From assembly GCA_963721805.1 (NCBI GenBank), contig CAVRJY010000001.1:320001-384000 (forward strand): a DNA stretch of 64,000 nucleotides, written 5' to 3'. Shown piece by piece: positions 40,112 to 51,489 of this stretch (positions within the stretch are counted from its first letter, which is position 1; each line of letters opens with the position of its first letter). The translations under genes and the position numbers were made by a program. Under the pieces are notes generated by a model. It searched no databases. It was given only the letters and a program-made list of their open reading frames with translations, and was not told the DNA's origin. Source of the DNA: Nitrospirota bacterium. GTDB taxonomy: Bacteria; Nitrospirota; Thermodesulfovibrionia; Thermodesulfovibrionales; JdFR-86.

Positions 40112-42251
40112 CGCTCCCGCTTTAGCGCTCCCGGTACGCTTCATCAAGGGCGTAGGCCCCAAGACCGCCTCGCTGCTCGGCCGCCTTGGGGTCATGACCG
40201 TCCGCGACGCACTCTACTACTTCCCGGCCAGATACGAAGACCGCGCCGCGAGCTCCCCGATAGGCTCGCTTACGCCGGGCGAGCTGCAGTCCATCACCGG
40301 CACGGTCGCGGACGTCAGCCTCAAGGCCCTCAGGCAAAACGCCTTCAAGTTCAAGGGCAGGGGCCGCGGGACCAGCAGCATCCTCGAGGTCGCGGTCACT
40401 GACGGCACCGGCGTGGTCAAGGCCAAGTGGTTCAACCAGCCGTTTTTAGAGAAGAACTTTACGCGCGGGATGAAGGTCACCCTCAGCGGCACCGTAAAGG
40501 CCACCGCATGGGGCCTCGAACTCGTCACCCCTGAATACGAGGTCATAGGCGAGGGCGAGCCTGATGCCGATACACACGTCCATACCGCGCGCATCGTGCC
40601 GGTATACGGCGTGACCGAGGGCCTGAGCGTCAGGCTCCTGCGCACGATCCTCTCTCGCGTCATCGAACAATACCTCGACCTCGTAGAAGACCCCCTGCCT
40701 GATGATATCCGGGCCCGCCACGGCCTGACGCCACTTAAGTCCGCGATACGCGCCTGTCACTTCCCGCCCGAGGGCACGAGCCTCGCGAAGCTTAACGACT
40801 GGGCCACGCCCGAGCAGCGCAGCCTGTCATTCCACGAGCTGTTTTTCTTCGAGATAGGCGTTGCGGCTATCAAACGCGACACCGCGCACGTGACCGGGAT
40901 CGCGTTCAACCCAAAAGGCGAGCTTGCAGGACGGCTCCGCGCCTCGCTCCCGTTTAAGCTCACCTCAGCCCAGGAGCATGCTATCGCCGATATCGAACGC
41001 GACATGCGGGGCCCCCACCCGATGCACCGCCTGATACAGGGCGACGTCGGCTCGGGCAAGACGATAGTGGCCCTGATCGCGATGCTCGGCGCGGTCGAGT
41101 GCGGGTATCAGGCCTGCCTCATGGCCCCGACCGAGATACTGGCCGGGCAGCACTTCATAAACATCCATGCCATATGCGAGTCCCTCGGCCTGCGTGTGCG
41201 GCTGCTGCAGGGCGGCCGCAAGCGAAAGGCAGAGCTTGCCGGGATCGCCTCCGGCGAGGCGGACATCATAGTCGGCACGCACGCCTTGATACAGGAGGGC
41301 GTGCAGTTCAAGGCCCTGGGCCTCGCGGTGATAGACGAGCAGCACCGCTTTGGCGTGATGCAGCGCGCGGTGCTCAGGCAGAAGGGCCGGCAAACCCCGG
41401 ACATACTCATCATGACCGCCACCCCGATCCCGCGCACGCTCGCCCTGACGCTCTATGGCGACCTCGACCTGAGCGTGATGCGCGGCCTCCCGCCCGGCCG
41501 GACGCCGGTTAGCACCCTCTTGTATTCCGAGACCGATAAGGCTATGGTATATAAGGAGATTGAGCGCGAAGTCAGCGCCGGGGGACAGGTATATGTGGTG
41601 TACCCTGTCATAGAGGAACAAGAGGACGAGCCCGACGCGATACGGCCCGCGCTTAAGAGCGCGGAGGAGGGGTTCGAGGGCTTAAAAAGGCTCTTCCCCA
41701 AATTCCGGGTAAGCCTCATACACGGCAGGATGAGGCCGGAGGAGCGCGAGGCCTCGATGGCCGCGTTTAAGGCCGGGGAGATCGACATACTGGTTGCTAC
41801 GACCGTCATAGAGGTAGGCGTGGACGTCCCTAACGCCTCGCTGATGGTCATAGTGCACGCCGAGCGGTTCGGGCTCGCGCAGCTCCATCAGCTTCGTGGC
41901 CGCGTAGGGCGCGGCCGGAGGGCCTCAAGATGCGTGATGCTCTCATACGGAGAGCCCGGCGAGAAGGCCCGCCGCAGGCTCGAGTCGATGGTGGCCACGA
42001 CCGACGGCTTCAAGATAGCCGAGGCCGACCTCGACATCCGGGGCCCGGGCGAGTTCGCCGGAGTGAGACAGTCAGGCATGCCGGAGCTGCGAGTCGCGCA
42101 CCTCGTCAGGGACGCCCTGCTGGTGGAGCCCGCGCGAGATGAGGCGTTTGCCCTGATGGCGGCCGACCCGGAGCTTTCAGCCCACCCGGCCATAAGGGCC
42201 GCGGCCGAGGCGTTGTGGCAGGGCCGGATGGAGCTGTATAAAACCGGATAG
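40095..42251 (+). CDS. recG: ATP-dependent DNA helicase RecG
   Basis: QGDVGSGKT, DEQHRFG, MTATPIPR, QLHQLRGRVGR (exact start uncertain). Confidence 0.96.
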   Translation: MQPPNDAPALALPVRFIKGVGPKTASLLGRLGVMTVRDALYYFPARYEDRAASSPIGSLTPGELQSITGTVADVSLKALRQNAFKFKGRGRGTSSILEVAVTDGTGVVKAKWFNQPFLEKNFTRGMKVTLSGTVKATAWGLELVTPEYEVIGEGEPDADTHVHTARIVPVYGVTEGLSVRLLRTILSRVIEQYLDLVEDPLPDDIRARHGLTPLKSAIRACHFPPEGTSLAKLNDWATPEQRSLSFHELFFFEIGVAAIKRDTAHVTGIAFNPKGELAGRLRASLPFKLTSAQEHAIADIERDMRGPHPMHRLIQGDVGSGKTIVALIAMLGAVECGYQACLMAPTEILAGQHFINIHAICESLGLRVRLLQGGRKRKAELAGIASGEADIIVGTHALIQEGVQFKALGLAVIDEQHRFGVMQRAVLRQKGRQTPDILIMTATPIPRTLALTLYGDLDLSVMRGLPPGRTPVSTLLYSETDKAMVYKEIEREVSAGGQVYVVYPVIEEQEDEPDAIRPALKSAEEGFEGLKRLFPKFRVSLIHGRMRPEEREASMAAFKAGEIDILVATTVIEVGVDVPNASLMVIVHAERFGLAQLHQLRGRVGRGRRASRCVMLSYGEPGEKARRRLESMVATTDGFKIAEADLDIRGPGEFAGVRQSGMPELRVAHLVRDALLVEPARDEAFALMAADPELSAHPAIRAAAEALWQGRMELYKTG

Positions 42252-42336
42252 GGTTCCGAACGAAATTTCGCTTCGCTCGTTTTCGTTCGGGAGCAATGTC
42301 GCGGTTTATCAGGGTTAAAATATAAAGGGAGACGAT

Positions 42337-42645
42337 ATGCTCGATAAGATAAAGCTCAGCTTCGATAACGGGATAGAGAGGCTCAAGTGGTTTTCGAGCA
42401 CCGTAAACGCGCGGCTCGGGGTCGAGATCGCGATGATGAAGCTCATGCGCGAGGCCCGCGAGCTGGAGCTCCGCAAGGCCGATCTCCTGAAGGCCGTAGG
42501 GGAGCGCGTATTCGAGCTCCGCACCCGCCACCCCGAGTACATGCAGGACGACGCGGTCCGCCGTACCGTATCCGAGCTTGACGGCGTGGAGCGCGAACTC
42601 AACGATATCAAGCGCCGCGCCTCGGATTTGGGCCGCATAGATTAA
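42337..42645 (+). CDS. Hypothetical coiled-coil protein
   Basis: RBS GGGAG; translationally coupled to pilD. Confidence 0.7.
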   Translation: MLDKIKLSFDNGIERLKWFSSTVNARLGVEIAMMKLMREARELELRKADLLKAVGERVFELRTRHPEYMQDDAVRRTVSELDGVERELNDIKRRASDLGRID

Positions 42646-43451
42646 TGCAGGTATATTCCGACCCAGCGTTCGTGATCACGGCGCTCGCGCTGGCCGGGCT
42701 CGTAGTGGGCTCGTTCCTCAACGTCTGCATCTACCGCATGCCGCTTGGCAAGTCCATAGTCACGCCGCGCTCGGCATGCCCCTCCTGCGCCACCCCGATC
42801 AGCGCGCTGGACAACATCCCCGTGCTGAGCTACCTGATCCTGCGCGGCCGCTGCCGGAAGTGCGGCGTGCATATCTCTATGCGCTACCCGCTCGTCGAGG
42901 CCCTGAACGCCGCGCTATTCGTGCTGATATACCTCCGCACCGGGATGGGCTGGCACCTGCCGGTATACCTCGCCTTCGCATCGGCGATGGTCGTCGTGAC
43001 GTTCATCGACCTGGACCACCAGATCATCCCTGACGAGATCACGGTGCCGGGAGTGATAATCGCGTTTCTGGCCGGGGCGTTCATCCTCCCGGACCCCTTC
43101 GACCGCATGGCGCTGCTGGGCTGGAAGCACTCGCTGATCGGGGCCGCGACAGGCTTCGGGCTTTTTTATTTCGTGGCATGGGCCGGGAGCCTGATATTTA
43201 AGCAGGACGCGATGGGCGGCGGGGACATAAAGCTGATGGCGCTCGTCGGCGCGCTCACAGGATGGCGGGGCGTGCTGCTGACCACGTTTATAGGGAGCTT
43301 GACGGGTTCTATAATCGGCATCTCGGTGATGAAGGCGCGCAAGCACGGCCCCCGGATGGTGCTGCCGTTCGGGCCGTTTCTGGCCTTGGGCGCGCTGGTC
43401 TCGATCCTCTGGGGCGGCGAACTCCTCAGGCTCTGGTGGCCTGAGCAATAG
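42645..43451 (+). CDS. pilD: Prepilin peptidase/N-methyltransferase
   Basis: GSFLNVCIYR, CPSC..CRKC, DLDH, MGGGDIKL, PFGPFL. Confidence 0.95.
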   Translation: MQVYSDPAFVITALALAGLVVGSFLNVCIYRMPLGKSIVTPRSACPSCATPISALDNIPVLSYLILRGRCRKCGVHISMRYPLVEALNAALFVLIYLRTGMGWHLPVYLAFASAMVVVTFIDLDHQIIPDEITVPGVIIAFLAGAFILPDPFDRMALLGWKHSLIGAATGFGLFYFVAWAGSLIFKQDAMGGGDIKLMALVGALTGWRGVLLTTFIGSLTGSIIGISVMKARKHGPRMVLPFGPFLALGALVSILWGGELLRLWWPEQ

Positions 43452-43453
43452 CG

Positions 43454-44680
43454 ATGGAAGGCATTCATGGCCTGATCATCCTGACCGGTGCGGTGGCCGT
43501 GGCCCTGCTTGCGCTCATCGTCTATTCCTTCGTCGGGATGGCCCGCAAGCTCCATTCCTCTGACCGTACCGGCGGCCCCGGCGAGGTCGGCTTTGTGGTC
43601 GATACCTTCCACGAACTCGTAGCGAAGCTCAAGGAGAAGGAGCGTGAGCTCGAGGCCCTGCGCGCGGCGGCCGAGGACAAGGCAAGCACCATAGAGGGCT
43701 ATAACGAGAGCATCCTTCAAAGCGTGCCCTCCGGGGTCATCAGCCTCGACGCAAGTGGCGCGATAGTCAAGGCCAACGCGGCCGCGGCCCGGATGATAGA
43801 GCGGCCGGCGGAGTCGCTTGCCGGGATGGGAATAACCGATGTGCTCGGGGCCGCGGTCGAGCCGGTCGAGCGCGGCGAGCTTCAGTACCGCTCGCCGTCG
43901 GGGCGGCTCAAGTGGCTGGGATACGGCGTTGCCCCGCTTACGGACGCGCGCGGAGGCGGGGCGCTCGGCCGCCTGATGGTGCTGACGGACGTCACGGAGC
44001 TAAAGGCATACCAGTCGCAGGCCGAGCTGCGGCGGAGATTGGAAAGCCTGGGCGAGGTCGCTGCCGGGATCGCGCACGAACTCAGAAACCCGCTAGGCGT
44101 GATCGCCGGATATATGCAACTGATTGAGAAGCGCGGCGACCCGGCCATCAAGTCTCAGGTCGAGGCGGCGCTGCGCGAGGTAAGCCTGATGGACGCGATC
44201 ATCGCGGACTTCCTGAGCTTCGCCCGCCCCCGGACGCTCGACCCGCAGGAGCTTGACCTCGGAGCGCTCGTGCGCGAGGCCGCAAACGCTGCCGCGCCGC
44301 CGGACGTAACAGTAAAATTCGACCTGCCCGGTACGGGGCTCCGCGTTCGGGCCGACGAGACTATGCTCAGGCAGGCGGTCTGGAACGTCATCCAAAACGC
44401 GGTCGAGGCCCTTGGGCCCGATCCCCGCGAGATCGCGATAAGCGGCAGGCAGGATGACGGCAGGGTCACGCTCCGCATCGCCGACACCGGCTGCGGCATA
44501 CCGCCGGAGGTCAGCGAGAAGGTTTTTCTGCCATTTTTTACCACCAAGGAGAAGGGCACCGGGCTTGGGCTTGCGATAGCGCACCGTGCGATCACGATGC
44601 ACCGCGGCAGCATATCGGCGGCCCGCCGCGAGCCGGTAGGCACGGTATTTACGATAACGCTCCCGGCGGGCGGGGTATGA
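43454..44680 (+). CDS. PAS-domain sensor histidine kinase (NtrB/PilS-like)
   Basis: AHELRNPL, NVIQNA, PFFTTK, GTGLGL. Confidence 0.9.
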   Translation: MEGIHGLIILTGAVAVALLALIVYSFVGMARKLHSSDRTGGPGEVGFVVDTFHELVAKLKEKERELEALRAAAEDKASTIEGYNESILQSVPSGVISLDASGAIVKANAAAARMIERPAESLAGMGITDVLGAAVEPVERGELQYRSPSGRLKWLGYGVAPLTDARGGGALGRLMVLTDVTELKAYQSQAELRRRLESLGEVAAGIAHELRNPLGVIAGYMQLIEKRGDPAIKSQVEAALREVSLMDAIIADFLSFARPRTLDPQELDLGALVREAANAAAPPDVTVKFDLPGTGLRVRADETMLRQAVWNVIQNAVEALGPDPREIAISGRQDDGRVTLRIADTGCGIPPEVSEKVFLPFFTTKEKGTGLGLAIAHRAITMHRGSISAARREPVGTVFTITLPAGGV

Positions 44681-44955
44681 AGGCCAGCCGCGTGCATATG
44701 CTTATAAGCGGCCGGGTGCAGGGCGTGTTCTACCGCGCGACCGCCGAGGACGCGGCCCACAGGCTCGGGGTGCGCGGGTGGGTGCGCAACCTGCCTGACG
44801 GCAGGGTCGAGGCCGTGGCCGAGGGCGGGCGCGATAAGCTCGAGGCGTTCATCGCGGAGTGCCGTCAGGGCCCACCGTATGCGCGCGTCGACGATATCGA
44901 GCTTCAGTGGTCCGAGCCTACCGGCGAATTCAGAGAGTTCAGGATGAGGCACTAG
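44677..44955 (+). CDS. acyP: Acylphosphatase
   Basis: GRVQGVFYR, GWVRN. Confidence 0.93.
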   Translation: MKASRVHMLISGRVQGVFYRATAEDAAHRLGVRGWVRNLPDGRVEAVAEGGRDKLEAFIAECRQGPPYARVDDIELQWSEPTGEFREFRMRH

Positions 44956-44956
44956 C

Positions 44957-45925
44957 ATGACAGGGCGAATACGCGAGCTTGCCAGGAGGGCATCCAAGGG
45001 AGAACACCTGGGCCGCGACGAGGGGCGTTTCCTCGCGTCCGTCGAGATGCCCGCGCTCTTTGAGATGCTCGCGCTTGGCGGGGCGATACGCGAGGCCCGG
45101 CGCGGCCGCAAGGCCGACCTCTGCGCGATCGTGAGCGCGAAGACCGGGGCGTGCCCCGAGGACTGCGCCTACTGCGCCCAGTCCTCCGCCTCGAAGACAG
45201 CGATCATAACTCACCCGCTGATGGACGAGGCGACCGTGCTCAGAAAGGCCGAAGAGGCCCGCGCCTCTGGGGCCCGAAGGTTCTCTATCGTCATAAGCGG
45301 GGCGCGGCCTTCTGCCGATGAGTTTCAGCGCATACTTAAGATGATCAGCGCCATACGGGCCATCGGCCTGAGCCCGTGCGCCTCGCTCGGGATGCTGCCG
45401 GTAGAGGAGCTCGTGGCGCTCAGGGATGCTGGCCTTCACCGCTACCACCACAACATCGAGACCTCGCCTGAGTACTTCCCGCGCATATGCTCGACGCATA
45501 GTTACGAAGACAAGCTCCGCACGATAGACGCGGTGCACCAAGCCGGTCTCTCGCTATGCTCTGGCGGAATCGTGGGGATGGGCGAGTCGTGGGCCGATCG
45601 CATAGAGATGGCCTTGGAGGCCCGGAGGCTCAAGGCCGACTCCGTGCCGATAAACTTTCTGCACCCTATTGAGGGCACACCGCTTGGCGAGCGTAAGCCG
45701 CTAGCGCCGTTCGAGGCCCTGAAGGTCGTGAGCCTGTTTAGGTTCCTGATCCCGGACTCTGAGGTGCGCCTCGCGGGCGGGCGATTACAGAGCCTCTGGG
45801 AGTTCAACTCGATGGTCTTCCTCGCGGGAGCGGACGGGTTGATCACCGGAGACTACTTAACCACCACCGGCCGCAATCCCGACGATGATATCAAATTAGC
45901 ACGCGCCTACGGGCTCGAATACTAA
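44957..45925 (+). CDS. bioB: Biotin synthase
   Basis: CPEDCAYCAQS, YHHNIET, CSGGIVGMGE, SVPINFL, GDYLTT. Confidence 0.95.
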   Translation: MTGRIRELARRASKGEHLGRDEGRFLASVEMPALFEMLALGGAIREARRGRKADLCAIVSAKTGACPEDCAYCAQSSASKTAIITHPLMDEATVLRKAEEARASGARRFSIVISGARPSADEFQRILKMISAIRAIGLSPCASLGMLPVEELVALRDAGLHRYHHNIETSPEYFPRICSTHSYEDKLRTIDAVHQAGLSLCSGGIVGMGESWADRIEMALEARRLKADSVPINFLHPIEGTPLGERKPLAPFEALKVVSLFRFLIPDSEVRLAGGRLQSLWEFNSMVFLAGADGLITGDYLTTTGRNPDDDIKLARAYGLEY

Positions 45926-46041
45926 AGCGCGCTAAGGGGGCAGCGCCCCCTCGCTCCTATTCGCAGTGACAAGCACCGCTCACTCCAGGCGATTTTCCCG
46001 CTTCCTAGGCGGTCAACAGTTTTTATGTAGTCTCGCGCTTT
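45924..46041 (+). repeat. Repeat copy 7: TIRs kept, interior replaced by a tail module
   Basis: AAAGCGCG...CGCGCTTT enclosing GGGGGCAGCGCCCCC and CCTATTCGCAG..GCTCA. Confidence 0.6.
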
Positions 46042-46165
46042 CGATAAATTGGCTCTGCCCCTAATTAATTTTATATGGAGTAAACCTCCCGTACCAGAAA
46101 AAAAGAGGAAAGGCCCTTGGAAGGCCCTCCCTCTTTTCGAAAGACGTCACGGGTAAAAAACTAAT

Positions 46166-46462
46166 TTAGCGTTGTGGTGCTTCAGGCGCAGGCGCTCCCG
46201 GTGCTCCCGGCGCTCCCGGCGCTCCCGGCGCTCCCGGTGCTCCTGGTGCTCCCGGCGCTCCCGGCATAGGTGCTGGCTCAGGTGCTGGCGCAGGTGTTCC
46301 CGGCGCACCTTGTGCTCCCGGCGCTCCCGGTGCTCCTGGTGCTCCCGGTGCTCCTTGTACTCCCGGCGCATGCGCAGGCGCCTCCTGGTTCTGGCAACCG
46401 ACAACAAGTGCCATTGCCAGGACCAGTATCATTGATAGCGTTATAGCCCAGAATTTCTTCAT
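46166..46462 (-). CDS. Small lipoprotein with collagen-like (Gly-Ala-Pro)n repeats
   Basis: Signal peptide with lipobox VVGC; two GAP repeat blocks separated by PAPAPEPAP. Confidence 0.75.
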   Translation of the reverse strand: MKKFWAITLSMILVLAMALVVGCQNQEAPAHAPGVQGAPGAPGAPGAPGAQGAPGTPAPAPEPAPMPGAPGAPGAPGAPGAPGAPGAPGAPAPEAPQR

Positions 46463-46472
46463 ATTGCTTAAC

Positions 46473-47068
46473 GAAAACCATGCCAGTATGCCCCGTGGCT
46501 TGCCACGGGGATGAATGGCATCCCTGCCGGGGGGATGTAAGGGGGGCTGGAAGTCCCCCTTTCCCGCCGAGGCAATTGCGGGCTATCATGAGGCATGGGG
46601 TTACGCAGGACGAGTCACGCTGTATATGACACCGGGTACCATCTGGTATGGTGTCCTAAGTATCGCAAGAGACTGTTCGCGCAAAGTTACATGCGCGAGC
46701 GGTGCGCGGAACTTTTCAGGGAGATAGCTGAAGAGTATGAATATGAGATAGTGGAGATGGAAGTGGCGGAGGACCATGTGCATATATTTCTATCGTTCCC
46801 GCCACGGTACTCGATAGGGGTGGTGGTCAGAACCCTGAAAAGTATCAGCGCCCGTGAGCTGTTCAAGCAATACCCATCGCTGAGGCAAAGACTATGGAAG
46901 GGTGAGCTGTGGGAGGATGGGTACTTTGCGCGGACAGTCGGGGACAGCTTGACCTCGGAAATGATCCGCAAATACATACGCGGCCACAGAGCAGAGAAGC
47001 AATTGCCTGCGCAGCTGGACTTATAGCTGCGCCACGGATGCCCCGTGGCTTGCCACGGGGAGCTTCAC
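46473..47068 (+). mobile_element. IS200/IS605-family element (tnpA only), 596 bp
   Basis: Identical hairpins CCCCGTGGCTTGCCACGGGG at 46491 and 47041; target TAAC (46469-46472); right end TCAC (47065-47068). Confidence 0.9.
46595..47026 (+). CDS. tnpA: IS200-family Y1 HUH transposase
   Basis: YHLVWCPKYRK, DHVH (HUH), LKSISA, LWEDGYF, KYI. Confidence 0.96.
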   Translation: MGLRRTSHAVYDTGYHLVWCPKYRKRLFAQSYMRERCAELFREIAEEYEYEIVEMEVAEDHVHIFLSFPPRYSIGVVVRTLKSISARELFKQYPSLRQRLWKGELWEDGYFARTVGDSLTSEMIRKYIRGHRAEKQLPAQLDL

Positions 47069-47120
47069 TCCTCCTTCTTTTGTTGAGGTGATAGAAAAAT
47101 CTCTACCCTGACTTATGAAA

Positions 47121-47149
47121 ATACTATAGCGTTATGCCTGTTATGTCAA
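47121..47149 (-). promoter_or_regulatory. Promoter of the collagen-like lipoprotein gene, separated from it by the IS
   Basis: Minus strand TTGACA-17-TAGTAT; RBS AAGGAGGA at 47069-47076. Confidence 0.65.
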
Positions 47150-47245
47150 CGATACAGGAATAATAGGTGTGTTTCCAGTTTCCGCATCATCGAGAATTGC
47201 ATTGAGAGTTCGGCCTTCCGATTGCCCTCTTCCCACCCTGCCTCG

Positions 47246-47405
47246 AAAGCGCGCCCAAATCGTCTTCAGACAAGGGGCCGACTGCCCCTTACCTTAACAG
47301 GAGGGGTCAGTGACCCCCGAGGGTGTACTGTGACGTACATTGAGGACGGATTTCCGAGCCTTGAAAGGAGAGGGCCAGTCGGCCCCAAGCGATTTGGCGC
47401 GCTTT
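47246..47405 (-). repeat. Palindromic intergenic repeat, copy 8 (nested hairpin inserts)
   Basis: TIRs, GTAC-TGTGAC-GTAC, GGGGCCGACTGCCCC and GGGCCAGTCGGCCC inserts. Confidence 0.82.
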
Positions 47406-47454
47406 AATAGAAGATCCATTGCAAAGTGGTGGTTGTGGACAATATAATCAACCT

Positions 47455-48981
47455 ATGTTAGCGATGGCTTACAGCGCGGCGTTGGTGGGGATTGAGGCGC
47501 ATTGCGTCGAGGTCGAGGTCGACGTCGCCACGCGGGGGCTGCCGCATTTCTCGATAGTCGGGCTTCCGGATGCGGCGGTCAAGGAGAGCCGCGACCGCGT
47601 GCGCGCGGCGCTCAAGAACATCGGATTCCAGTTCCCGCTCAAGCCGGTCACGATCAACCTCGCCCCCGCGGACCTAAAGAAAGAGGGCTCCGCGTTCGAC
47701 CTCCCTATAGCGCTCGGCCTTGCGGCGGCAGAGGGCGTATTCCCGAAAAGTGCACTCGCGGGCGCGATGTTCCTCGGGGAGCTCTCGCTCGACGGCAGGG
47801 TCAAGCCGGTGCGTGGCTCACTGAGCGTCGCGATAGCCGCCAAGCGGCTTGGCTGGCGCGTCGTGCTGCCGGCTGAGAACGCCCCTGAGGCAGCGGTCGT
47901 AGAGGGCGTCGAGGTAATCGGCGCGGCCACGCTCTCAGAGGTGATAGACTTCCTGCGCGGCACGCTAACCCTCGCGCCCGAGTCGTCCGCCCACATGCGC
48001 GACCGGCTGGTATCCGCCTCATACGAGGACGATTTCTCTGACATCAAGGGCCAGGAGCATGTCAAGCGCGCGGTAGAGGTCGCTGTAGCCGGCGGGCATA
48101 ACATGCTGATGATCGGCCCCCCGGGCTCCGGCAAGACGATGATCGCACGAAGGCTCCCGACGATCATGTCCCCGATCTCGTTTGGCGAGGCGATAGAAAG
48201 CACCCGCATCCATAGCGTCGCCGGCACGCTGCGCTCCGGCGAGCCGCTCGTCTCAGTCAGGCCGTTTCGGAGCCCGCACCATACGATCTCGGACGTCGCG
48301 CTCGTTGGCGGCGGCACGGTGCCCCGCCCCGGCGAGGTGAGCCTGGCGCACAATGGAGTGCTGTTTCTGGACGAGCTGCCGGAGTTCAAGCGCTCGGTGC
48401 TCGAGGGCCTGCGCCAGCCTCTGGAGAACGGCGAGGTCACGATATCGCGCGCCACGGGCTCATTAACTTTTCCTGCCTCGTTCATGCTCGTCGCGGCTAT
48501 GAACCCATGCCCGTGCGGGTTTTGGGGCGACGACCGACGACCGTGCGCATGCACCGCCGGGCAGATACATAGATACCGCGCCCGAGTATCCGGCCCATTG
48601 CTCGACCGCATAGACATCCATATCGACGTCCCGGCCGTGAAGTACCAGGCGCTCGCCGCTGACCGCTCGGGCGATACCTCGGACGTGATCCGCGGCCGCG
48701 TAGAGGCCGCGCGCGAGGCCCAGCGCGTTCGGCTCGGCCCTCACAAGCTATATTGCAACGCCCAGATGGGAACCCGATTAATAAAGAAGTTCTGCGAGAT
48801 CGGGGAGGACGGCCGCCGGATACTGGAACTTGCGCACGAGCGGCTGGGGCTGTCGGCCCGAGCCTATGCACGCATCCTTAAGGTATCCCGCACCATTGCC
48901 GACCTGGAAGGCTCCCCGGACATCCAGACACCGCACGTAGCGGAAGCAATACAGTATAGATCCTTAGATAGGCAAATTTGA
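47455..48981 (+). CDS. comM: YifB/ComM Mg-chelatase-like AAA+ ATPase
   Basis: [52 protein letters not shown]. Confidence 0.93.
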   Translation: MLAMAYSAALVGIEAHCVEVEVDVATRGLPHFSIVGLPDAAVKESRDRVRAALKNIGFQFPLKPVTINLAPADLKKEGSAFDLPIALGLAAAEGVFPKSALAGAMFLGELSLDGRVKPVRGSLSVAIAAKRLGWRVVLPAENAPEAAVVEGVEVIGAATLSEVIDFLRGTLTLAPESSAHMRDRLVSASYEDDFSDIKGQEHVKRAVEVAVAGGHNMLMIGPPGSGKTMIARRLPTIMSPISFGEAIESTRIHSVAGTLRSGEPLVSVRPFRSPHHTISDVALVGGGTVPRPGEVSLAHNGVLFLDELPEFKRSVLEGLRQPLENGEVTISRATGSLTFPASFMLVAAMNPCPCGFWGDDRRPCACTAGQIHRYRARVSGPLLDRIDIHIDVPAVKYQALAADRSGDTSDVIRGRVEAAREAQRVRLGPHKLYCNAQMGTRLIKKFCEIGEDGRRILELAHERLGLSARAYARILKVSRTIADLEGSPDIQTPHVAEAIQYRSLDRQI

Positions 48982-48989
48982 CCTTTTTC

Positions 48990-49243
48990 AAAGCGCGGGA
49001 AACTCGCGTGATACGTCGTCAGTTCTCAAAAACTCGCCCTCCATGTACATCACAGTACACCATCGGGCGGTTTTATCGCCCTTCCTAGTCTGCACGATTT
49101 CTCGCGCTTTCGGGGGTGTGGAGGCCAACTGACGCCCCCCGGCCCCCCAAGGTCAAGGGCATTAATTAATAGTGAGCGGGGCGGGGGACCTGCTCATAAG
49201 TGAGCGCTTTGGGCGAATAGGAAAAGGGGCCAGTCGGCCCCCC
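48990..49243 (+). repeat. Palindromic intergenic repeat, copy 9 (core 48990-49110)
   Basis: TIRs, GTAC-ATCACA-GTAC, full tail. Confidence 0.88.
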
Positions 49244-49316
49244 GCTTGATATTTTTGTGGCGGATGCCTATAATTATTGTTTCGGGGTCGCGTAGGGTGA
49301 GTTGCGCCCTATCGAA

Positions 49317-49393
49317 GCCACCGTAGCTCAGACGGCCAGAGCAGCTGATTTGTAATCAGCGGGTCGGGGGTTCGATTCCTCTCGGTGGCTCCA
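49317..49393 (+). tRNA. tRNA-Thr(TGT)
   Basis: Cloverleaf, loop TTTGTAA, CCA. Confidence 0.95.
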
Positions 49394-49459
49394 GCTCGTG
49401 CTGTCCGGGGCGCTCTTAGAGGGCGGCTTTTTTAATTTACGTTGAAGTGGCCGCGCATA

Positions 49460-49544
49460 GGAGGGGTACCCGAGTGGCCAAAGGGGACGGGCTGTAAACC
49501 CGTTGGCGTAGCCTACGAAGGTTCGAATCCTTCCCCCTCCACCA
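49460..49544 (+). tRNA. tRNA-Tyr(GTA)
   Basis: Loop CTGTAAA, long variable arm, CCA. Confidence 0.95.
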
Positions 49545-49616
49545 TCGCACCGGTGCAGCGGGGCCGGGCAGGGCGCGGAGTTAGAGCGGTGAGTTGCAGT
49601 ACGGGACGGCGATAAC

Positions 49617-49688
49617 GCGGGAGTAGCTCAGTGGTAGAGCGTCAGCCTTCCAAGCTGAGGGTCGCGGGTTCGAATCCCGTTTCCCGCT
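49617..49688 (+). tRNA. tRNA-Gly(TCC)
   Basis: GCGGGAG start, loop CTTCCAA. Confidence 0.95.
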
Positions 49689-49708
49689 CTGGACGTCGGT
49701 TTTAATGT

Positions 49709-49781
49709 GCCCATGTGGCTCAGTCGGCAGAGCACATCCTTGGTAAGGATGAGGTCACCGGTTCGATTCCGGTCATGGGCT
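49709..49781 (+). tRNA. tRNA-Thr(GGT)
   Basis: Loop TTGGTAA; canonical Thr-Tyr-Gly-Thr-tuf order. Confidence 0.95.
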
Positions 49782-49843
49782 TTATCAGACGGTTAAGGGA
49801 TTTAATATAAAAGATATAGCAAGGCCACCGGAGGTGACGCACT

Positions 49844-51039
<1,196 letters not shown>

Positions 51040-51043
<4 letters not shown>

Positions 51044-51192
51044 GAATAATCATCCTTCTGCAGTGCGGCGAGTGCAAGAACCGTAACTACTCGACGATGA
51101 AGAACAAGAAGAACACGACCGAGAAGCTCGAACGCAGCAAGTACTGCAAGCACTGCAGGAAACACACGCCGCATAAGGAGACGAAGGCATAG
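51040..51192 (+). CDS. rpmG: 50S ribosomal protein L33 (Zn-ribbon type, absent from the ORF track)
   Basis: [50 protein letters not shown]. Confidence 0.95.
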
Positions 51193-51200
51193 TCGTGATA

Positions 51201-51277
51201 AGGCCAGTAGCTCTAACGGCTAGAGCGTCGGACTCCAAATCCGAGTGTTGGGGGTTCGAATCCCTCCTGGCCTGCCA
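51201..51277 (+). tRNA. tRNA-Trp(CCA)
   Basis: Loop CTCCAAA, CCA end, lies between rpmG and secE. Confidence 0.95.
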
Positions 51278-51288
51278 TCGGAAAAAAC

Positions 51289-51474
51289 ATGCTCGATAAC
51301 GCGAAGCAGTTTATGAAGGAAGTCAAGGTGGAGGCCAAGAAGGTCGTCTACCCGAACCGCGAGGAGCTGATAGGCTCCACGTGGGTGGTGATCATCGCGG
51401 TGCTGATCGTATCGGTCTACCTCGGGGTCATAGACCTCGGGCTCTCGAAGATCGTCCGGGCATTGCTGCAGTAG
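51289..51474 (+). CDS. secE: Preprotein translocase SecE
   Basis: EAKKVVYP plus TM segment; synteny. Confidence 0.93.
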   Translation: MLDNAKQFMKEVKVEAKKVVYPNREELIGSTWVVIIAVLIVSVYLGVIDLGLSKIVRALLQ

Positions 51475-51489
51475 AAAGGGAACTCCGAG

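Noticed and set aside
47027..47245. tnpB or omegaRNA associated with the IS200
   Set aside because: The right-end hairpin follows the tnpA stop within 15 nt, leaving no room for tnpB
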